Assembly: GCF_009914755.1 (NCBI RefSeq)
Contig: NC_060944.1
Reading direction: 5' to 3' (one strand)
Source: the human T2T-CHM13v2.0 reference genome, Homo sapiens
DNA: 64,000 nucleotides
Below the pieces are notes generated by a model. It did not search any database, was not told the DNA's origin, and saw only the letters and a list, made by a program, of their open reading frames with translations. Positions 34,646 to 51,855 of the stretch are shown piece by piece; positions within the stretch are counted from its first letter, which is position 1, and each line of letters opens with the position of its first letter. The position numbers and the translations under genes are program-made.

Positions 34646-37600
34646 ATAATCTTTCCAAATGAGGATTCGACAGTGTCTTGTCCCTGAAGACAAACTTAAA
34701 AAGAAGAAGAAAAAAAAAAGCAAAACAAAACCACAATACACAAACACCAGTAGTTCGTTCGTTTTTTCAACAAATATTCGTTGGGTCCCTACTATGTGTC
34801 AGACATGGTTTTAGGTCTGAGGATACAGCCATTAACAAAATAAATTCTTCACCCTCACGGAACTGACGTTTTGGTTAAGGAACTACTGTGTACCAGACTC
34901 GGTGCTATATACCCTATTGCGCCCAGCTGAGGCTGCAGGATGGCAGCCCTGAGTTACAGGTCAGAGAGCTCCGGCCTTCAGTCGTACAGGTGGGAGTGGC
35001 GGCGCTAGCTCCAGCCTGTCCGGTTTCACTACCTCTTGGAATCCTACCACCACCATCCCATCACACACACACGGGCTATCTTTCCTCAATGCCTGCTTGC
35101 CTTCTAGAAACCTTAGATTGTTCAGCCTGATGTGTCCTCTTCAGAGAATTGCTGAGCCAAAGGTGGTTGCCGGGGTCTCGATCTCACTCGTGCCTGCTGC
35201 TCAGCTCTCTCCAGGCACTAGCTAAACCAGCATCCACTTGGCCTTGAAAATAAGCCCGAGTGGCAGCCGGTGTAGCAGACAGAGCGCAGGGAGTGGAGTT
35301 GAAAGGCTTCTAGGTGCATTTTGGCTCCTCTGGGCGTCTGTTTTCCTGACGATGCCTGCAGCTCTGCCATGCTGTGCTTTCCTGGCTTCCCTGATCCAGG
35401 CCAGAATTAGGGGAAGAAGAGGGAGCGAGGGATTTCCCATGACTGCCGGGGGAGGAGCCCCTTAGGACCCAGGGTCTGCGGGAGAGTCTGTTCCCACACC
35501 TGGATCCCCCCACCGCCAGCATTTGACCGTGACCCCAGCCAGGCTGGGCTTTGGGGAGGAGGGAAACAGCCAGCATGGGCCCCCTCCCCGCAGGGCTGGT
35601 CCCACACACAGCCCCAGGCCAGGCTGCTGCTTCCTGAGCCGATGAATTATTACCGGGAGATTTCCTTCCCTGTCTGCGCCTCCTCACAGGGGCTCCCAGC
35701 TCACTTCACTTTCGCTTTCTCCCCCTTCTCCCCCTCCTCTCTGCTTCTGACCCTCAGGCAGCTTGAAATTCCTCTGTCCAGCCCCCTCCCAATTCCACCT
35801 CCAACTGGAGATGCCAACCAAGGCGTGAACTGGGCCCGGAAGGCGAAGAGGGGCTTGCCTTGTAGGCTCATTCATTTATTTGCTCCTTAGGCAGATTTTG
35901 ACACTTGGGACCCTGGGAGTAGAAGAAAACCATGAATGAGACTGAGACAGGCCTTCTGCAGCCGAGAGGGGAAGGCGAGCTGTAAACAAAGGATTTCAAG
36001 ACAATGTGGTAGGAGCAAGCCAGGGTCTGGTATCAGAGAGACCCAGTTCCGGTTCCAAGGTTAGCTGCTTCCCAGAGTCTCAGTTGCCTGCTCTGAAAAT
36101 GAGATAATAATAGTACCCATTCCCAGGGCTGGTGATGGTTCCATGAGTTTGTGCCAGTAGAGCTGGGCCTGGCACACAGGAGTGCTCAGTACCTGAGAGG
36201 AGTTTGTGCTACTGTTTTTAGGGGCTGGCCCCAGCCAACTGCCTGGGAAAGGGCTGAGCAGCATTGACTTTTCTAGGTCTTGTCCCTGGGAGTGCGGAGG
36301 GGACTCCTACCACATTCTCAGCTCACCTACACAGGGGACCTCAGCTTCCCCCATTCTCTGTCCCTCACTCTGCTCCAGCCACACTGGCCTCCCCACTAAA
36401 CCTGGAGCCCACTTCTTCCTGGCCCCCCTGGCCCCTGATAGTCTCATAGTTTGTTCACTCATTTCCTTCAAATCTTCACTCAAATCTTATCTCAGGGAGG
36501 CCCTTCCTGACCACCAGCACTAACAGTAATGGCTTCTCCAACCTGCCAGCACCCCCAGCTCTCCCTTTCCCCTTATCCTGTTTTATTTCTTTTTATAGCA
36601 TTTGTCACTGACTTTCATTCATTCACTTATTCATTCTACAAATATTAACTGAGCACCTGCTATGTGCTAGGCACAGTTCTGGGTACTGCGGATACAGCAG
36701 TAGAGACATTACATATTTATTTGTCTACCACCTGTCTCCCTCCACTAGAGTATGAGCTCCATGGGGCAGGTACTTTGTGTATTTTGCTCATCTCACTTCC
36801 TTCCCAACACAACCTTCTGAGGTAGGTATTGTCATTATTCCCATTTTACAGATGAAGATACGGAGGTTCAAAGAGGGGAAAGTGACTTGCCCGAGGTCAC
36901 ACGGTGGGCCAATGTGGGAGCTGAGATTGGTCTGACTCCAAAGCCATTGCTCCTTCCCTAACCACATGGCTTCTGAGGCAGCCTAGAGGCCTGTGAGGGC
37001 TGAGTAGGAGTCTGCCAGGTAAGAGGAGACAGGTGTCACAGGCTGAGAGGGTAGAGGCTGGTCCCTGCCTCCCTGACCATGGGCACCCTTCACTTCTACA
37101 AAAAGCATTTGTTTCTCAGAGGCACCTGCTGTGCACAACTCTGAGCCTGTGCTCCAGCTGTCCTTCCTGCTTGGAATGCTGCCCCTTTGGGTCTGACCAG
37201 ACATCCCTAGTCCTCTGCCAGTGTTCAGAGTAGCAGATGGTGAAGGCCTCTTTGCCACTTTTTGCCAACCTTGCTGCAAAGTCTTGTTGTGTTCATCACA
37301 CCATATTTTGACTTTTCTCCCTTCATCCCTGATTCTCACTTCCATTTCCCTCCCCTAACAGGGCACCCACTCCCATATCTTTGACGCATGCCTTTGGATA
37401 TATGTGTGTCTTTATAAAATGTGCATGGCGTTGATTTGTGTGTGGAGGTTTTTAATGTATATAAATAGTGGTTTCAATAGATCTGTGTCATAGGCTATTT
37501 TGTTTCCTCGACACTGCTCTGTGTGCTGAGTCCAGCTCAAGTCCCTTGGTTCCCACTGCTGCTAAGCATGCACGGTGTGCGTGTGCCACCATGCCTCCTT

Positions 37601-37944
37601 TTCCCACCGCTTTAGTGATGGATGCTGGCTACCTCCAGTTCCCACCTCCCCAAGCAAAGCTGTGATGGACTTGCAGTGTGTGACTCTCATGGACTCCCGT
37701 GTGTATTTCTCTGGGATGTACACTCGGGGGCAGGATCCCTGGGGTGGAGAGAATACATACAGTTACTGCACTCTATGACGGCTGCCTCAGTCTACATGCC
37801 CAGCAGCAGGGCATGAGGGACCACTTTCTCCACATGCACCCTAGCACTTGGAATTATCTGACTTCCCAATGACGGAGATATGGGTTGTTTTCCATCTCCT
37901 TGTGCTTGCCTCCATCACGGTGTGGGCAATAATGAATACTTGTT

Positions 37945-38313
<369 letters not shown>

Positions 38314-38625
38314 AATGAATACTTGTTGAACAAATGAATGAAAAGGCTAATACACAGCCTCCCACACCTACCTTGTACCAAACCTCAGTCTAGAAGGTGG
38401 CGGTATATGTGTGTATGTTTGTGTGTAGAGAGGGGAATATAAGACAAAGTCTTATGCCTCAACCTGCTTAGAGAAAAAGACTAATGACAGTTAGCATTTA
38501 TTGAGGGCTTACTTTGTGTCAAGAATTCATAGGTGTATATTCACAACCTTAACTTCAGTGAGACAAGTAAAATGCATTTCTCTCTCATTCAAGGCCTTTG
38601 GAGGTAGGGCTGCTCTGGCATTCCA

Positions 38626-39395
<770 letters not shown>

Positions 39396-40038
39396 CAGAT
39401 GGTGCCGGGGACCCAGGCTCTGTCTATCTTTTTACTGCACCATACATAGCTTTCACTTCCTAGTTCTCTTACAGAGCCACATGGCCACAGGAGCCATTCT
39501 ATCTGCATTCCAACTGGCAAAAAGGAGAAAGAGGCAGAAGGAAGAGCATGCTTTAATCTGTAGAACACCAACCTCACTCCGTTCACATCCCGTTGGCAAG
39601 ATCTTGTCATTTGACCATACTTAACTGAAAAGGAGGCTGAGTATATAGTCTTTTGCAGGTAGGTGTCCGTGTGTGCAGCTGAACACTGGGTTTCTGTTAG
39701 TGAGGAAGAAGGGAAGAATGGCTATTGAAAACAACTAACCATAGGTGTTATATACCATAGGTGTTAACTCTGGAGATAATAATGTCACATGGTTAAGTTT
39801 GCACATTTGGGAGCCTGACTGCCTGGTTTCAGTTCTCAGTTAGGCCACTTACCAGATGTGTGATCTTGGGAAATTTACCAAACTTTTCTGGGCCTCAGTT
39901 TCCTCATCTGTAAACAGGGCTCACAGTAAAGCCTGCCTCATAGGGTTGTTATGAGGATTAAATGAGTCAATGTATGTAGCGTTTATAACAGTCCTGGCAC
40001 ATGGTATGTGCTGTGTGTTAGCTGTTTTCATTATATAA

Positions 40039-40339
<301 letters not shown>

Positions 40340-40879
40340 CACAAGGGGTTTTCTTAAGTTCTCACAACCAGCAAGTGATGGAAGCAGAATTTGGCCCAAA
40401 AGCATTTTTTTCCACTTGCGTCATCCCATAGAAATTCGTAGAGTGCAAGATCAAGACCCAGATCAGTACACCGCACATAATACGCATCCAGAAATATCTG
40501 TCGAATGAGTGAGTTAAATAAACACGTAAACTGTCCTTACATAGAGATGCTAGGTTTTGTTTGGTTTTGTTTTATGTTCAGTTAATGAGAATGCTCCATT
40601 GACCCCATCTGGTTCCTCTAGTATGGGGCTGATGCCCTTGATACCATGCTAGAACTCAGTCCCTCCAGGGTCCCTCCAAGCCATCATTTTTAAGGGTGAA
40701 TTCCTGGGAACACTTGTTCTTGCGGATGCTCAGGATTCCATGATTTTTTTTAAAAAAAGTCAGAGAAGCTGCATTTTATATCCCCCTCCTAGCGACCTGC
40801 AACAACATTAGCATGTTAAAGAGTCGGAGAAATCCTGCAACAAAAAAGCTTGTTGGGCTTCATTTCAATCTGCATTTTG

Positions 40880-41187
40880 TTTTCTTATTTTTTTGAGACG
40901 AGGTCTTACTCTGTTGCCCAGGCTGGAGTATAGTGATGCAATCATGGTTCACTGCAGCCTCGACCTCCCAGGCTCAAGCAATCCTCCCACCTCAGCCTCC
41001 CAAATAACTAGGACTACAGGCATGTGACAAACCCAGTTAATTTTTAATTTTTTTGTAGAGATTTAATTTTTTTTTTTGTAGGCAACTATGTTGCCTAAGC
41101 TAGTCTCTAATTCCTGGACTCAAGCAATCCTTCTGCCTTGGCCTCCCAAAGTGCTGAGATTACAAACATGAGCTACCGTGCCTGGTC
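40880..41187 (-). mobile_element. Alu (AluJ-like)
   Basis: TSD TCAATCTGCATTTT. Confidence 0.88.
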
Positions 41188-42139
41188 TCAATCTGCATTT
41201 TCTGAGCTTATTTTAGGCTTACTTGATTAAAGACTCACTTCCTGCCCCCAACACCAGACACCTAATAGAGAATACAGTTTAGCAGACATTTCTCCGGGCT
41301 GTTGCCACTGACATCTACCTCAGTGTGAGTGGGTATCCATTCTTTCTAGACAGCATGTTTGATAGGAGTGAAGTGGAAGTGAGCAGGTGGGTGCTGGTTA
41401 CCAGGAAGAGACAGGGTAAGAGAGGGAACATACAGGCATATGTCCGAGCCCCACTTTCTAAGGGACATAAAAATATCATTGAAAATATAATAGGTGGAGA
41501 AAAGTGTATTTTGTGGTACTTCTTTCAGGGAAAATGCAATGTAAATTGAAATAATAATATTATTGAGGGGTAACAATATGCCAGGCACTCTGCTAGGAAC
41601 TTATTTAATCCTCACAGCAGTCTCATGAGCTAAGTACTATTAATATTCCCGTTCTATAGGTGAGTAGACTAAAGAGCAGAAAGGTTAAGTAATTTGCTTA
41701 AGGTCACATAGCTAGGGAGTGGACAGGAATTCTTTGATAAGTTGCTTGTGGTGAGGATAACAAGGGAAGACCCTCCCCCGGGGTAGTTTAAGCTCAGATG
41801 CTCACAAAACTCTGCTCCAGGGAGAGTGAGCCTACTTGGTTGAAGAGCACTGATTTTGTTGAGTAGAGGATGCAAGTTTGGGCCAGAGTGGAATTGTTCA
41901 AGAATAGAGAGGAGGTTGGTGCTGCCATGGGTGCCCTCCTTCAGCTCCATCGCTTTAAGGAAAGGATGAGCTCATGTTTAAAGACTTTTAAGTTGAAGGC
42001 AGTGCTAAATAATTTAGTGTGGTCAGGTACCCACCTGACTCAGGTTGACCCTGACACCAGTGCCAGGTGTGGCAGAATCACCAAAATGGTGTGGAAGATC
42101 AAGATAATGCTAAATGAAACTACCATTTAAGTCTGCTTT

Positions 42140-42490
42140 GAAAACTCAAGGAGTTTGGAGCTCAGAGTTGCCAAGAACAAGTTGGAATGGCCTGAGGCTG
42201 CCATGCTATGAGGAAGCCCAGGCCACATGGAGAGGCCACATGCTTTTGACTGGTCGTTCTGGTCTTTCAATTCTCCCAGCTCCAGGAACAGACACATGAG
42301 TGAAGAGGCTTTCATACAATTCCAGCCCCAGTTATCGAGTCTTTGCCATTGAAGCCTCAGACATCATGGACAGTGACAAGTCTTCACTGCTCTACCCATT
42401 CTGAATCCTGAACTACAGAATCCGTGAGCATAAGGAAATGCTTAAGACACCAAATTGTGGGGTAATTTGTCACACAGCAACACTAATTGT
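42140..42490 (+). mobile_element. MLT1 LTR fragment
   Basis: gctgccatgctatgaggaagcccaggccacatggagaggccac...gtaatttgtcacacagcaa. Confidence 0.65.
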
Positions 42491-42560
42491 GACTGTAGCT
42501 CACTAAAATGCCTCCCAAATATTATCTTCACAACTAAAAGCACCAAAAAACCTGAAAGTA

Positions 42561-43514
<954 letters not shown>

Positions 43515-45246
43515 CATTATTTAATAAGTTCAGGGCTTGCCGTCGTGATTCACAATTGGAGAAAGCGAGGCATGGAGCAAGTCCAGGGGTGTTCCAAAAG
43601 GCCTCACTTTTCTCCTTTGCAAACTGTGGCTGATGAGGGCCATCCTGCGGGGTTTGTGGAGAGAAGGGATAGTAACAACAGCTGCATTGTATGGTGCTAT
43701 GTGCTGCACACTTTGCACACCTGATCATTTAATACTCACAATGATCCCTAGCAGATGGATCCTATTACCAAGTTCATTTTACAGATGAGGAAGCTTAGAC
43801 CCAGCAAGGTTAAGGGGCTGTGCTCAAGGTCTTACCTTCTAGGAGAGGCAGAGCTGGATCTGAAGCCATTTCTGTTCTCAGCCCCTGCTGTGTGCTTTCC
43901 TACCATCCTCTCCAGACTCGCCCTGAGCCCAAGTTGCTGAGGCATGTGGCACGGTGCCTGGCACACAGTAGGCTCACAGTAGTGGCTGCTTTGATGATGA
44001 CCATAAACTGGGATCTGGGGTCCTTGAGATGATTCTACCAAGGGGACCTGGGGGAAGCTGAGCCCTGGGGCAAATTGGGGCCAGCACAGGAGCTGCTGGG
44101 GAAGGAACAGAGCCTGTGTGGTGGGAAGATAGGACATGGAGCAAAGAGGATCTTGAATCAGACCCCGTGGTCCCCTCCTACAGAGGGTTAAAGCAAGCCA
44201 GCCTCCTTCCGGCTGAGCGGAAATCAGATTTTGAGAGCTGAGCAGGGCTCTGGAGGGATGTTTTTCTTCTCCATTTGTCTGCTTGTGGCTGGCCCATAAA
44301 ATCCACCGGAACTCCATGCTGGACTGAGGAATTCCTGCTGAACAGGGACATGGAGAACGCAGGCTGGGAGGGGGCATAGTGTGGATCCTTATCAGAGCAG
44401 AGACCACCCCATCTTCAAGGCCCCACCTCCAGGTTGGGTGATCCCCTCTGGAGGCCTCATAGGATTCCTGGGTAAGGGGAGGGACCAGGATCGACAGGGT
44501 GGGGGAAAGTCCAAGGAACAAGTGATACCCCCTCCCACCTTTTCAAAGTGAACTTGTGGGGTGAGGAATGAGAGGAGACAGGGAGGGTCAGGCTGTGGCA
44601 GGTCAGTGAAGTGTGATGCAGGTTCCACCTTCTACGCTGTGTGACATTGGGCAAGTCTCTGCCCGTTTCCTCATCATTGCAACCAGGGGGCTGGAGCTAG
44701 ATGACCACCATGTGTAATTTTCTAATCAGAGCTGACAGTCTGAGGCTCTTTCTGTCTAGTTTGCACCTTGCATGCATGTCCTCCCCTGAAGGCAGTGCAA
44801 TTATTATAACCCCTATTTTAAAGGTAAATAAACCAAGGCTCACTGAGGCAAGGTGACCTGAGCAATTTTGCCCTTGAAGGGCTGGGACAGGATGCAAACC
44901 TAGACAATTGGTGCCAGAATTCATCTCTCAAGCATTCGCTCTCCTGCCTCCCAACACGAGTTTCTACTTCTCTTTGCCCTGGGATGACCTCTCCTTTGTC
45001 TCTTGGCTTGATGACCTCATTTTTAAAGATTCGGCTCATGCATCACCTCCCCCAAGAAGCCTGTCCTGACTAACTAAGCTCGGTTGGGGCTCCTCTCTGT
45101 CTGCTCATGCCTCTGGGAAGTAGCTGTCTCTTTTGGTCACTGGGCTGTGAGCCCTGGATGAGCAGAGCCACTTCTCATTCCTTCCTGTGCCTCCTGCATC
45201 AGCCAACATAAAAAGCTTTCAATTTTCCTTGAAGATTCTAAGTGCT

Positions 45247-45985
45247 TGTGGTGGTTTTAGAACATGGCTGCCTTAAGAAGTGGGGTCCATTGGTAGCTCA
45301 TGCCTGTAATCCCAGCACTTTGGGAGGCTGAGGCAGGAGGATTGCTTGAGCCCAGGAAGCTGAGGCCAGCCTGGGCAACACAGCAAAATCCCGTCTCTAC
45401 AAAAAATACAAAAATTAGCCAGATGTGGCAGCATGTGCCTGTGGGCTCAGCCCCTTGGGAGGCTGTGGCAGGAGGATCACCTGAACCTGGGGAGGTCAAG
45501 GCTGCTGTGAGCTGTGATTGCACCACCGCACTCCAGCCTGGGTGATAGAGGGAGACCCTGTCTCAAAAAAAAAATGGGGTTTATGTCTCCTCCTCTTGAG
45601 TCTGGGTGGGCTCGTAACAGCTTTAACCAATAGAATATGTCAGAAGTGACTCTGCGACTACTGAGACTGTTCACTGGCACTCTGTTTTTGGAGCCCTGAG
45701 CTGCCATAGAAGATGTTCAAATACTCTGGGACTACCATGCTGTGGGGTCACATGTAGGCCCTCCTAGTCTTCAAGTCATCCTGGTCTGGGGACTCCAGAT
45801 GATTCCAGTTCTTAGTTGTTTCATATCCAGCCTTTGAGTCCTCCCGGCTGAGGACCAAGACACCACGGAGCAAAAACAAGCCATCCCCACCACTCCTGGC
45901 CCGAATTCCTAAGCATAATAAAATGGTGGCTGCTTAAAGCCACGGAGTTTTGGGGTAGTTTGTTACACAGAGGTGGTAACGGGAA
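45247..45985 (+). mobile_element. MLT1 LTR interrupted by an Alu
   Basis: tgtggtggttttagaacatggctg...tttaaccaatagaatatgtcagaagtgac...tggggtagtttgttacaca. Confidence 0.65.
45291..45574 (+). mobile_element. Alu (AluJ-like)
   Basis: Dimer, slightly 5'-truncated. Confidence 0.88.
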
Positions 45986-46079
45986 CAGTGCGACCACCCT
46001 GGGCATGTCACCTTCCTCTCTGGCCAGCCAGAAGGTGCAGCAGCCACAAAGCTCTCTGCCTCCTCCCTTCCCTCAGCGG

Positions 46080-46682
46080 TGTGCTGCTGACACAGCAGTC
46101 AGAGATGTCCCATAAATGCTTCAAACAGACCATGTCCCTCCTTTGCTCAAAACCGTCTGTTGGCTCCCAGCTCACTCAGAGGAAATGCCAGATTCTTACC
46201 ATGGCCCACGGGCCCTACATGATGGGACCCCTCTCCAGCCCATGGCCTCTCTGTCCTGTCTCCCACCCTCTCCCTTCTCCAGCCACACCACCTCCTTGCT
46301 ACTCCTTGAACACCACATACGCCCTGTCTCAGGGCCTTTGCGCTTGCCAAGGACAGTGCTCCATTGCCTGGAACATTCTTTCTCCAGGTGTTGCTTGGTT
46401 CAGTCCCTCATCTTGTTCATGTCCCTGCTCAGATGTCATCTTCTCAGTGAGGCCCTCTCTTCCTACTCCCAAACCCCTTGACTTGCTCTATTTTCCTCTC
46501 GCCATGGCCCTTAGAACTACCTAACACACTATGCACTTTACTTATTGTGTTTCCCCGCCCACCCCGTCCACCCTAGAATGTCAATACCACAGGGCAGGAA
46601 TCTTGGTTATTCTTTAATGTCTCCCCAGTGCCTGTAAGAGTACCCAACACTCACAGTGGTTTGCTGAATGAATGAATGGATG
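46080..46682 (+). mobile_element. L2 3' fragment
   Basis: tcagggcctttgcgcttgc...ttgctgaatgaatgaatgg terminus. Confidence 0.65.
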
Positions 46683-47639
46683 AGCTGTAGGAGCCCAGAA
46701 GGGTTTCGTTGCCTTCCCTAGGACTATGTATGTGGGGAAGCAGAGTGGGTGAGGAAAGGGCAGGATTGGAGTGACTGGGTTGAGCCAGTGTGGCCAGGGC
46801 TGGAGGACATTTCTTGGAAGTGACAACTCACTGCCCAGCTGGGGAATCCTGAGGATGGGAGAGTGCAGGGCAAGCCTTTGAAGATGCAAACATGGGTCGT
46901 CTCCGGGGCCTCCCTCCTTCCTGGTCTTGTGTGTCTCCGGCCCTGCCAGTAAACAGGATCTCTGGGCAACTGCCTGAGAACCCTGCCCAGTGCCCCAGAG
47001 GCCCTGACGTGCTCCTTCCTGAGCTATAAATCAGGTACCTTCCAGCTGTGTGACATCCTGGATTTGATGGGGAAGGCAGAGCAGACAGATTTGTTGCAAA
47101 GAGCTGTGCACTGCACCTTGATTTCCTTGTTAGCAAAATAGGAAGGATAGGAGCGTTGACTTCAAGCTGTGGCTGTGAAATCGAGTGAGATAATGCATGA
47201 AATTCCTCTGTAAACAGAGATGCTTCAAGGACGCATTAGTGGGTGGAGGCACAGGGAGCAAATCCCAACTCTGCCGCTGAGCTCTGTGTCTTCACCTGTA
47301 AAATGGGGTTAATGTGAATCACTAACTTCCTAGGGCTATTGAGGGATTCAAAAATGGAGAGAAAAGTCTTAGTACCCAATGAACGTGCAATAGATATTAG
47401 CTGTTATTAATGGTAACTATTACCATAATGATAAAGAATCAGATGTTATTGATAAGCCATTTGGGAGACCGAGAGTCTCAGTTCATACCCCAGAGGGGAC
47501 CATGGACTTGGCACAGCACGATTTCAACCCTGTGCCTTTTGTGTATATTTCAATCTGGTCAGAGACTATCTCCCACTCACAGGCCACCTCCTCCCCCTAC
47601 CCCCAGAAAGGCTATACTTGTGAGCACACCACTTCCCTA

Positions 47640-47985
<346 letters not shown>

Positions 47986-49034
47986 ATATCTAGCCTTGAA
48001 GCCAGCCTTGGGGGTGGGGTGGGAGGAGGACTATTTGTGTGCAGGAGTTCAAACCCAGGCCTCATCACTCCCCAGATGTGGAAACTTAGACATGTTATTT
48101 AATTGTCCTATGCCTCAGTTCCCTCAACTGAAAAAGAGAATAATAATAGTACCCATCTCTTCTAGTTGCATTGAGGACTGAATGAGTTAAAAAGTACCCA
48201 ACACACCATATGAGATAATGCTATTTTCATTCTACCAATGGGTAAACTGAGGCTCAGCTAGGAGAAAGAACTTGGTTCAAGCTATCAGTCGTGTTGTTTA
48301 TTGGCCCTAAGTTGTGACGAGTTTCATTATACCATTAGAAGCCCCCGAACAGTGAACTCATTGTTTGTGAGGTATCTCTATCTCTTAGTGATTTTTTAGT
48401 TAAATGGGAGTCCATGCTAATCATTTATAAAAAATGGATAAGATAAAAACTTAACATTGAAACATCCATGGGCTTCTTTCCATAAGAAATGGAGAAACTC
48501 TTGCTGCTAGTATTAAAAGGTCGTGGGTTCCAGTTTGAGATGCACCAAGCAAGGTAATAGGAAGTCCTTGAAGGTTCTTGAGCAGGGGGAAGCATGAACT
48601 TAAAGCATATGAACCATGTGTTTGGGTCAATTCAAGTTACTGAGACTTAGACATTGCTGGTGGGATGCAAATTGCTACAATCTCTGTGGAGGGTGATTGA
48701 GTTCCACAAATATTTAAGATAAATGTAAGAGCTCCTACCAAATGCCAGGTGCTGTTCAGGTGCTAAGGATTTGCAGCAAATAAATCCAACCAAGTCCCTC
48801 TGCCTGGTGCTTATTTTCTGGAGAGGAGACACACAATGAATGAATATACAACTTAGTATAGCGTGCACTGGGGAAAGAAATAAGAGCATTTCTACAATAA
48901 TGTTTACTGCAGTGTGAAGGGGGATCTGAAGAGGCTGGACAGAGCCAAGTATGGGTGAAGATGTGGAGATAGTGCTGGGGGTGTGTGGACTGGAGCTGCC
49001 ATCTGGAGAGCAATCTGTCCGGTTAAATCTGTAC

Positions 49035-49567
49035 ATTGGGTGCATAAATTATGGCCACCAATTATTTGACATTCCTCCCATCTAGATGTAGGTCTATGTA
49101 TCTGCTCTCTGAATCTGGGCTGGCCTCTGACTGCTTTGACAAACAACTATGGTGGAAGTGATGATGTGTCAGTTTCCAGGCCTAGGCTTTAAAAGATTGG
49201 CAGCTTCTACTTCCTCTTTCTTGGAACAATTACTTGAGGGGAAGCCAGCTGCCATGAAGAACTCCAGCCACCCCAAGACTGCCATTCTGTGAGGAAGTCC
49301 CGCGAACAATGGAAAGAAGTCCTCTAGGATGAGACACCATGTGATGGAGAGAGAGGCCAGGAACATCAAGGCTGTAGACATGAGTGAAGATGCCATCTTG
49401 AAAGGGAACCTCCAGCCGTAGCTGTTTCAGTTGATACCACAAGGTTCAGAAAGGAGCCACCCAGCTGAGTCCTTCCTAAATTCCTGACTCACAAAGTAAT
49501 GAACAAAGTGGTTGCTTTAAGCCTCTAAGTTGAGGGTAGTTTATTGTAGTGCAAAAGATAACCAGAA
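49035..49567 (+). mobile_element. MLT1 LTR inserted in old L1M sequence
   Basis: ctgactgctttgacaaacaactatggtggaagtgatgatgtgtcagtttccaggcctaggc...gcaaaagataaccagaa. Confidence 0.7.
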
Positions 49568-50702
49568 TAGATATATCCGATGACCCAGCAATTATACTCC
49601 TGGCTATATGTCCAGACAAAATTCTCTTATCAGCCCATAGAGGATATGGCCATATTGTTGTGGCAACAGAGAGTTAGAGGCCACTCAGGTATCCATTACT
49701 GGGGTGGTAGAAAGGAATACATGGTAGGTGCAAAGAGCTCTAGGCAGCAATCAGAAGTCACAGGTGAAGCCACACATACAAGTCTGTTATGTTCTACGTG
49801 AAGACTTATACACCACAGAATGCACAAAGAACCCATCAGAATCTATGGAGGTGCAGAAAATATGAAGGGGAAATGGGATAAAAAGGAATAACTAGAGAGA
49901 GAGAAACAAAACCAAACAAAGGAGGGTGCACAGGGGTAAGTTATGATAATCTGCCATGAATTGAGGTCTTATTAAACTCAACGCTCTACATTTAAAATCT
50001 AAAAAGTAATAACAAAGGCCAACAAAATAAATCTGTGTGAATAGGGGGTTGGTTAAATAAATTGTAGCACATCCACATGAGGGAGTACTGTAAAGCCATA
50101 AAAAAGAGTGGCAGAGCTTGCTATGTACTAACATGTAAGAGTCCCAAAGTATGTCGAAAAGGCTATAAGAAGGGTATTGAAAAGGATGCATAATAGGCTT
50201 CCATTTGGGGGGAGATACCAGTGTGTGTGGTTGTGGATATGTTTATAGACAAATGGTATATCTGTGGAAGGATGCTCCTGGGGAAAAGAGCCAGATGTCA
50301 GGGGAGAGGGGTGGATGGCACTTCAGAAGAGCAGGCACCCAGGAGCTGTGTTCAGAGAAGGAATTGCCACTAACACTGGGACCACCTCCTCCAGGCCAGG
50401 ATCACGCCAGGTGTGGGGGCTCAGAGTGGGCAGAGAGCCTCTGCTGCTTCCAAGATGCCCAGGGTCCTGACTGTGTCCATGATGCAACCTCAGCCAACAA
50501 GTTGGTTGGGCACTGCCCACTGCTGTGCCCTCATCAGCCACTGTCCTCACCTTCATTGCCACTCACCATCACCACTCTCCTTCATTCTGCCTGAAACACT
50601 CCTCCCCACTGCCCGTCTCCCTCTGTTACTTAATACTCAAACTAGTACAGAGAATAACAGAATAAAATCCCATGTACTCACTGCTCAGTTTAAGGAATAA
50701 TA

Positions 50703-51000
50703 CTTTTCTTTTCTTTTTTGAGATGAAGTCTCGCTCTGTTGCCCAGGCTGGGGTGCAGCAGCGTGATCTCAGCTCACTGCAACCTCCGCCTCCCAGATTC
50801 AAGTGATTCTTCTGCCTCAGCCTCCTGAGTAGCTGGGATTACAGGGATACGCCACCACACCTGGCTAATTTTTGTATTTTTAGTAGAGACGGGATTTCAC
50901 CAAGTTGGTCAGGCTGGTCTCAAACTCCTGACCTCGTGATCTGCCTGCCCCGGCCTCCCAAAATGCTGGGATTACAGGCATGAGCCACTGCGCCTGGCCT
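50703..51000 (-). mobile_element. Alu (AluS-like)
   Basis: Antisense dimer. Confidence 0.92.
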
Positions 51001-51024
51001 AAAACTTTTCAAAAAGAATTGAGA

Positions 51025-51603
51025 GTGAATGGTTTTAAATATGTCCACAAATTCTTGGACACTCCTCTCTTCAAAAAGTAGAGTTACATTCTCCTTACCT
51101 TTGAGTATGGGCTGAGCTCAGCAACTCATGTCTAATGAAGAGGATGTGGTGAATGAGGATGGGTCACAAAAGGGATACAACTTCTGCTTAATTGTCCATC
51201 TGTCCGTCTATCTCTCCATGCTCACTTTTGGAATCCAGCCACCATGTTGTGATAGAACCCAAGATGCATGGGCGGGCCCACATGGAGAGGAACTGAGGCC
51301 CTCTCCCCTCTTCCCAGTCCCTGATCAACAACCATCACAAATTTGCTAGCCACCCAGATGAACCCCCTTTGGCTTGGCAGCAAATTCTCCAGCTTACCCT
51401 CCAACTCCCCAACCCGATAGGCCTTCAGATGACTGCAGGCCCAGCTGACAGCTGAATTTAGCTTCCTGAGGACCAGAACCACCCAGCTAAACCATGCCCA
51501 TATTCCTGCCTTCAGAAACTGTGAGATATAAAAAATGACTGTTAGTACTTTGAAAACATTATGTTTTGGGATGATTTCTAATGCAGGATCGATTGCTAAT
51601 ACA
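51025..51603 (+). mobile_element. MLT1 LTR
   Basis: aaatatgtccacaaattcttggacactcctc...ggccccacatggagaggaactgaggcc...gctaataca. Confidence 0.65.
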
Positions 51604-51756
51604 GAGGGTCCCTGGTATCCCTCCCCACCATCCCCATCCACCCTCTTAGAAGCCACAATCCTGATGTTTATTATTTCCATGAATGTTTTACCTTTTACTA
51701 CATATAATAAATCCTTACCCAATACATAGGACTATATTTCCTTCTTTTTTAAAGAA

Positions 51757-51855
51757 TTTTTTCTTTTTGAGATGGAGTTTTGCTCTTGTTGCTCAGGCTG
51801 GGGTGCAATGGCGCGATCTCGGCTCACTGCAACCTCCGCTTCTCGAGTTCAAGCG
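51757..51855 (-). mobile_element. Short 5'-truncated Alu
   Basis: 3' part of the right arm only. Confidence 0.85.

Noticed and set aside
39738-39766. 13-bp near-tandem duplication ACCATAGGTGTTA
   Set aside because: An ordinary slippage-scale duplication with no functional context.
43832-44521. 229-aa ORF in mostly unique sequence
   Set aside because: No recognisable domain or splice architecture, and it runs into MIR/L2-derived sequence.
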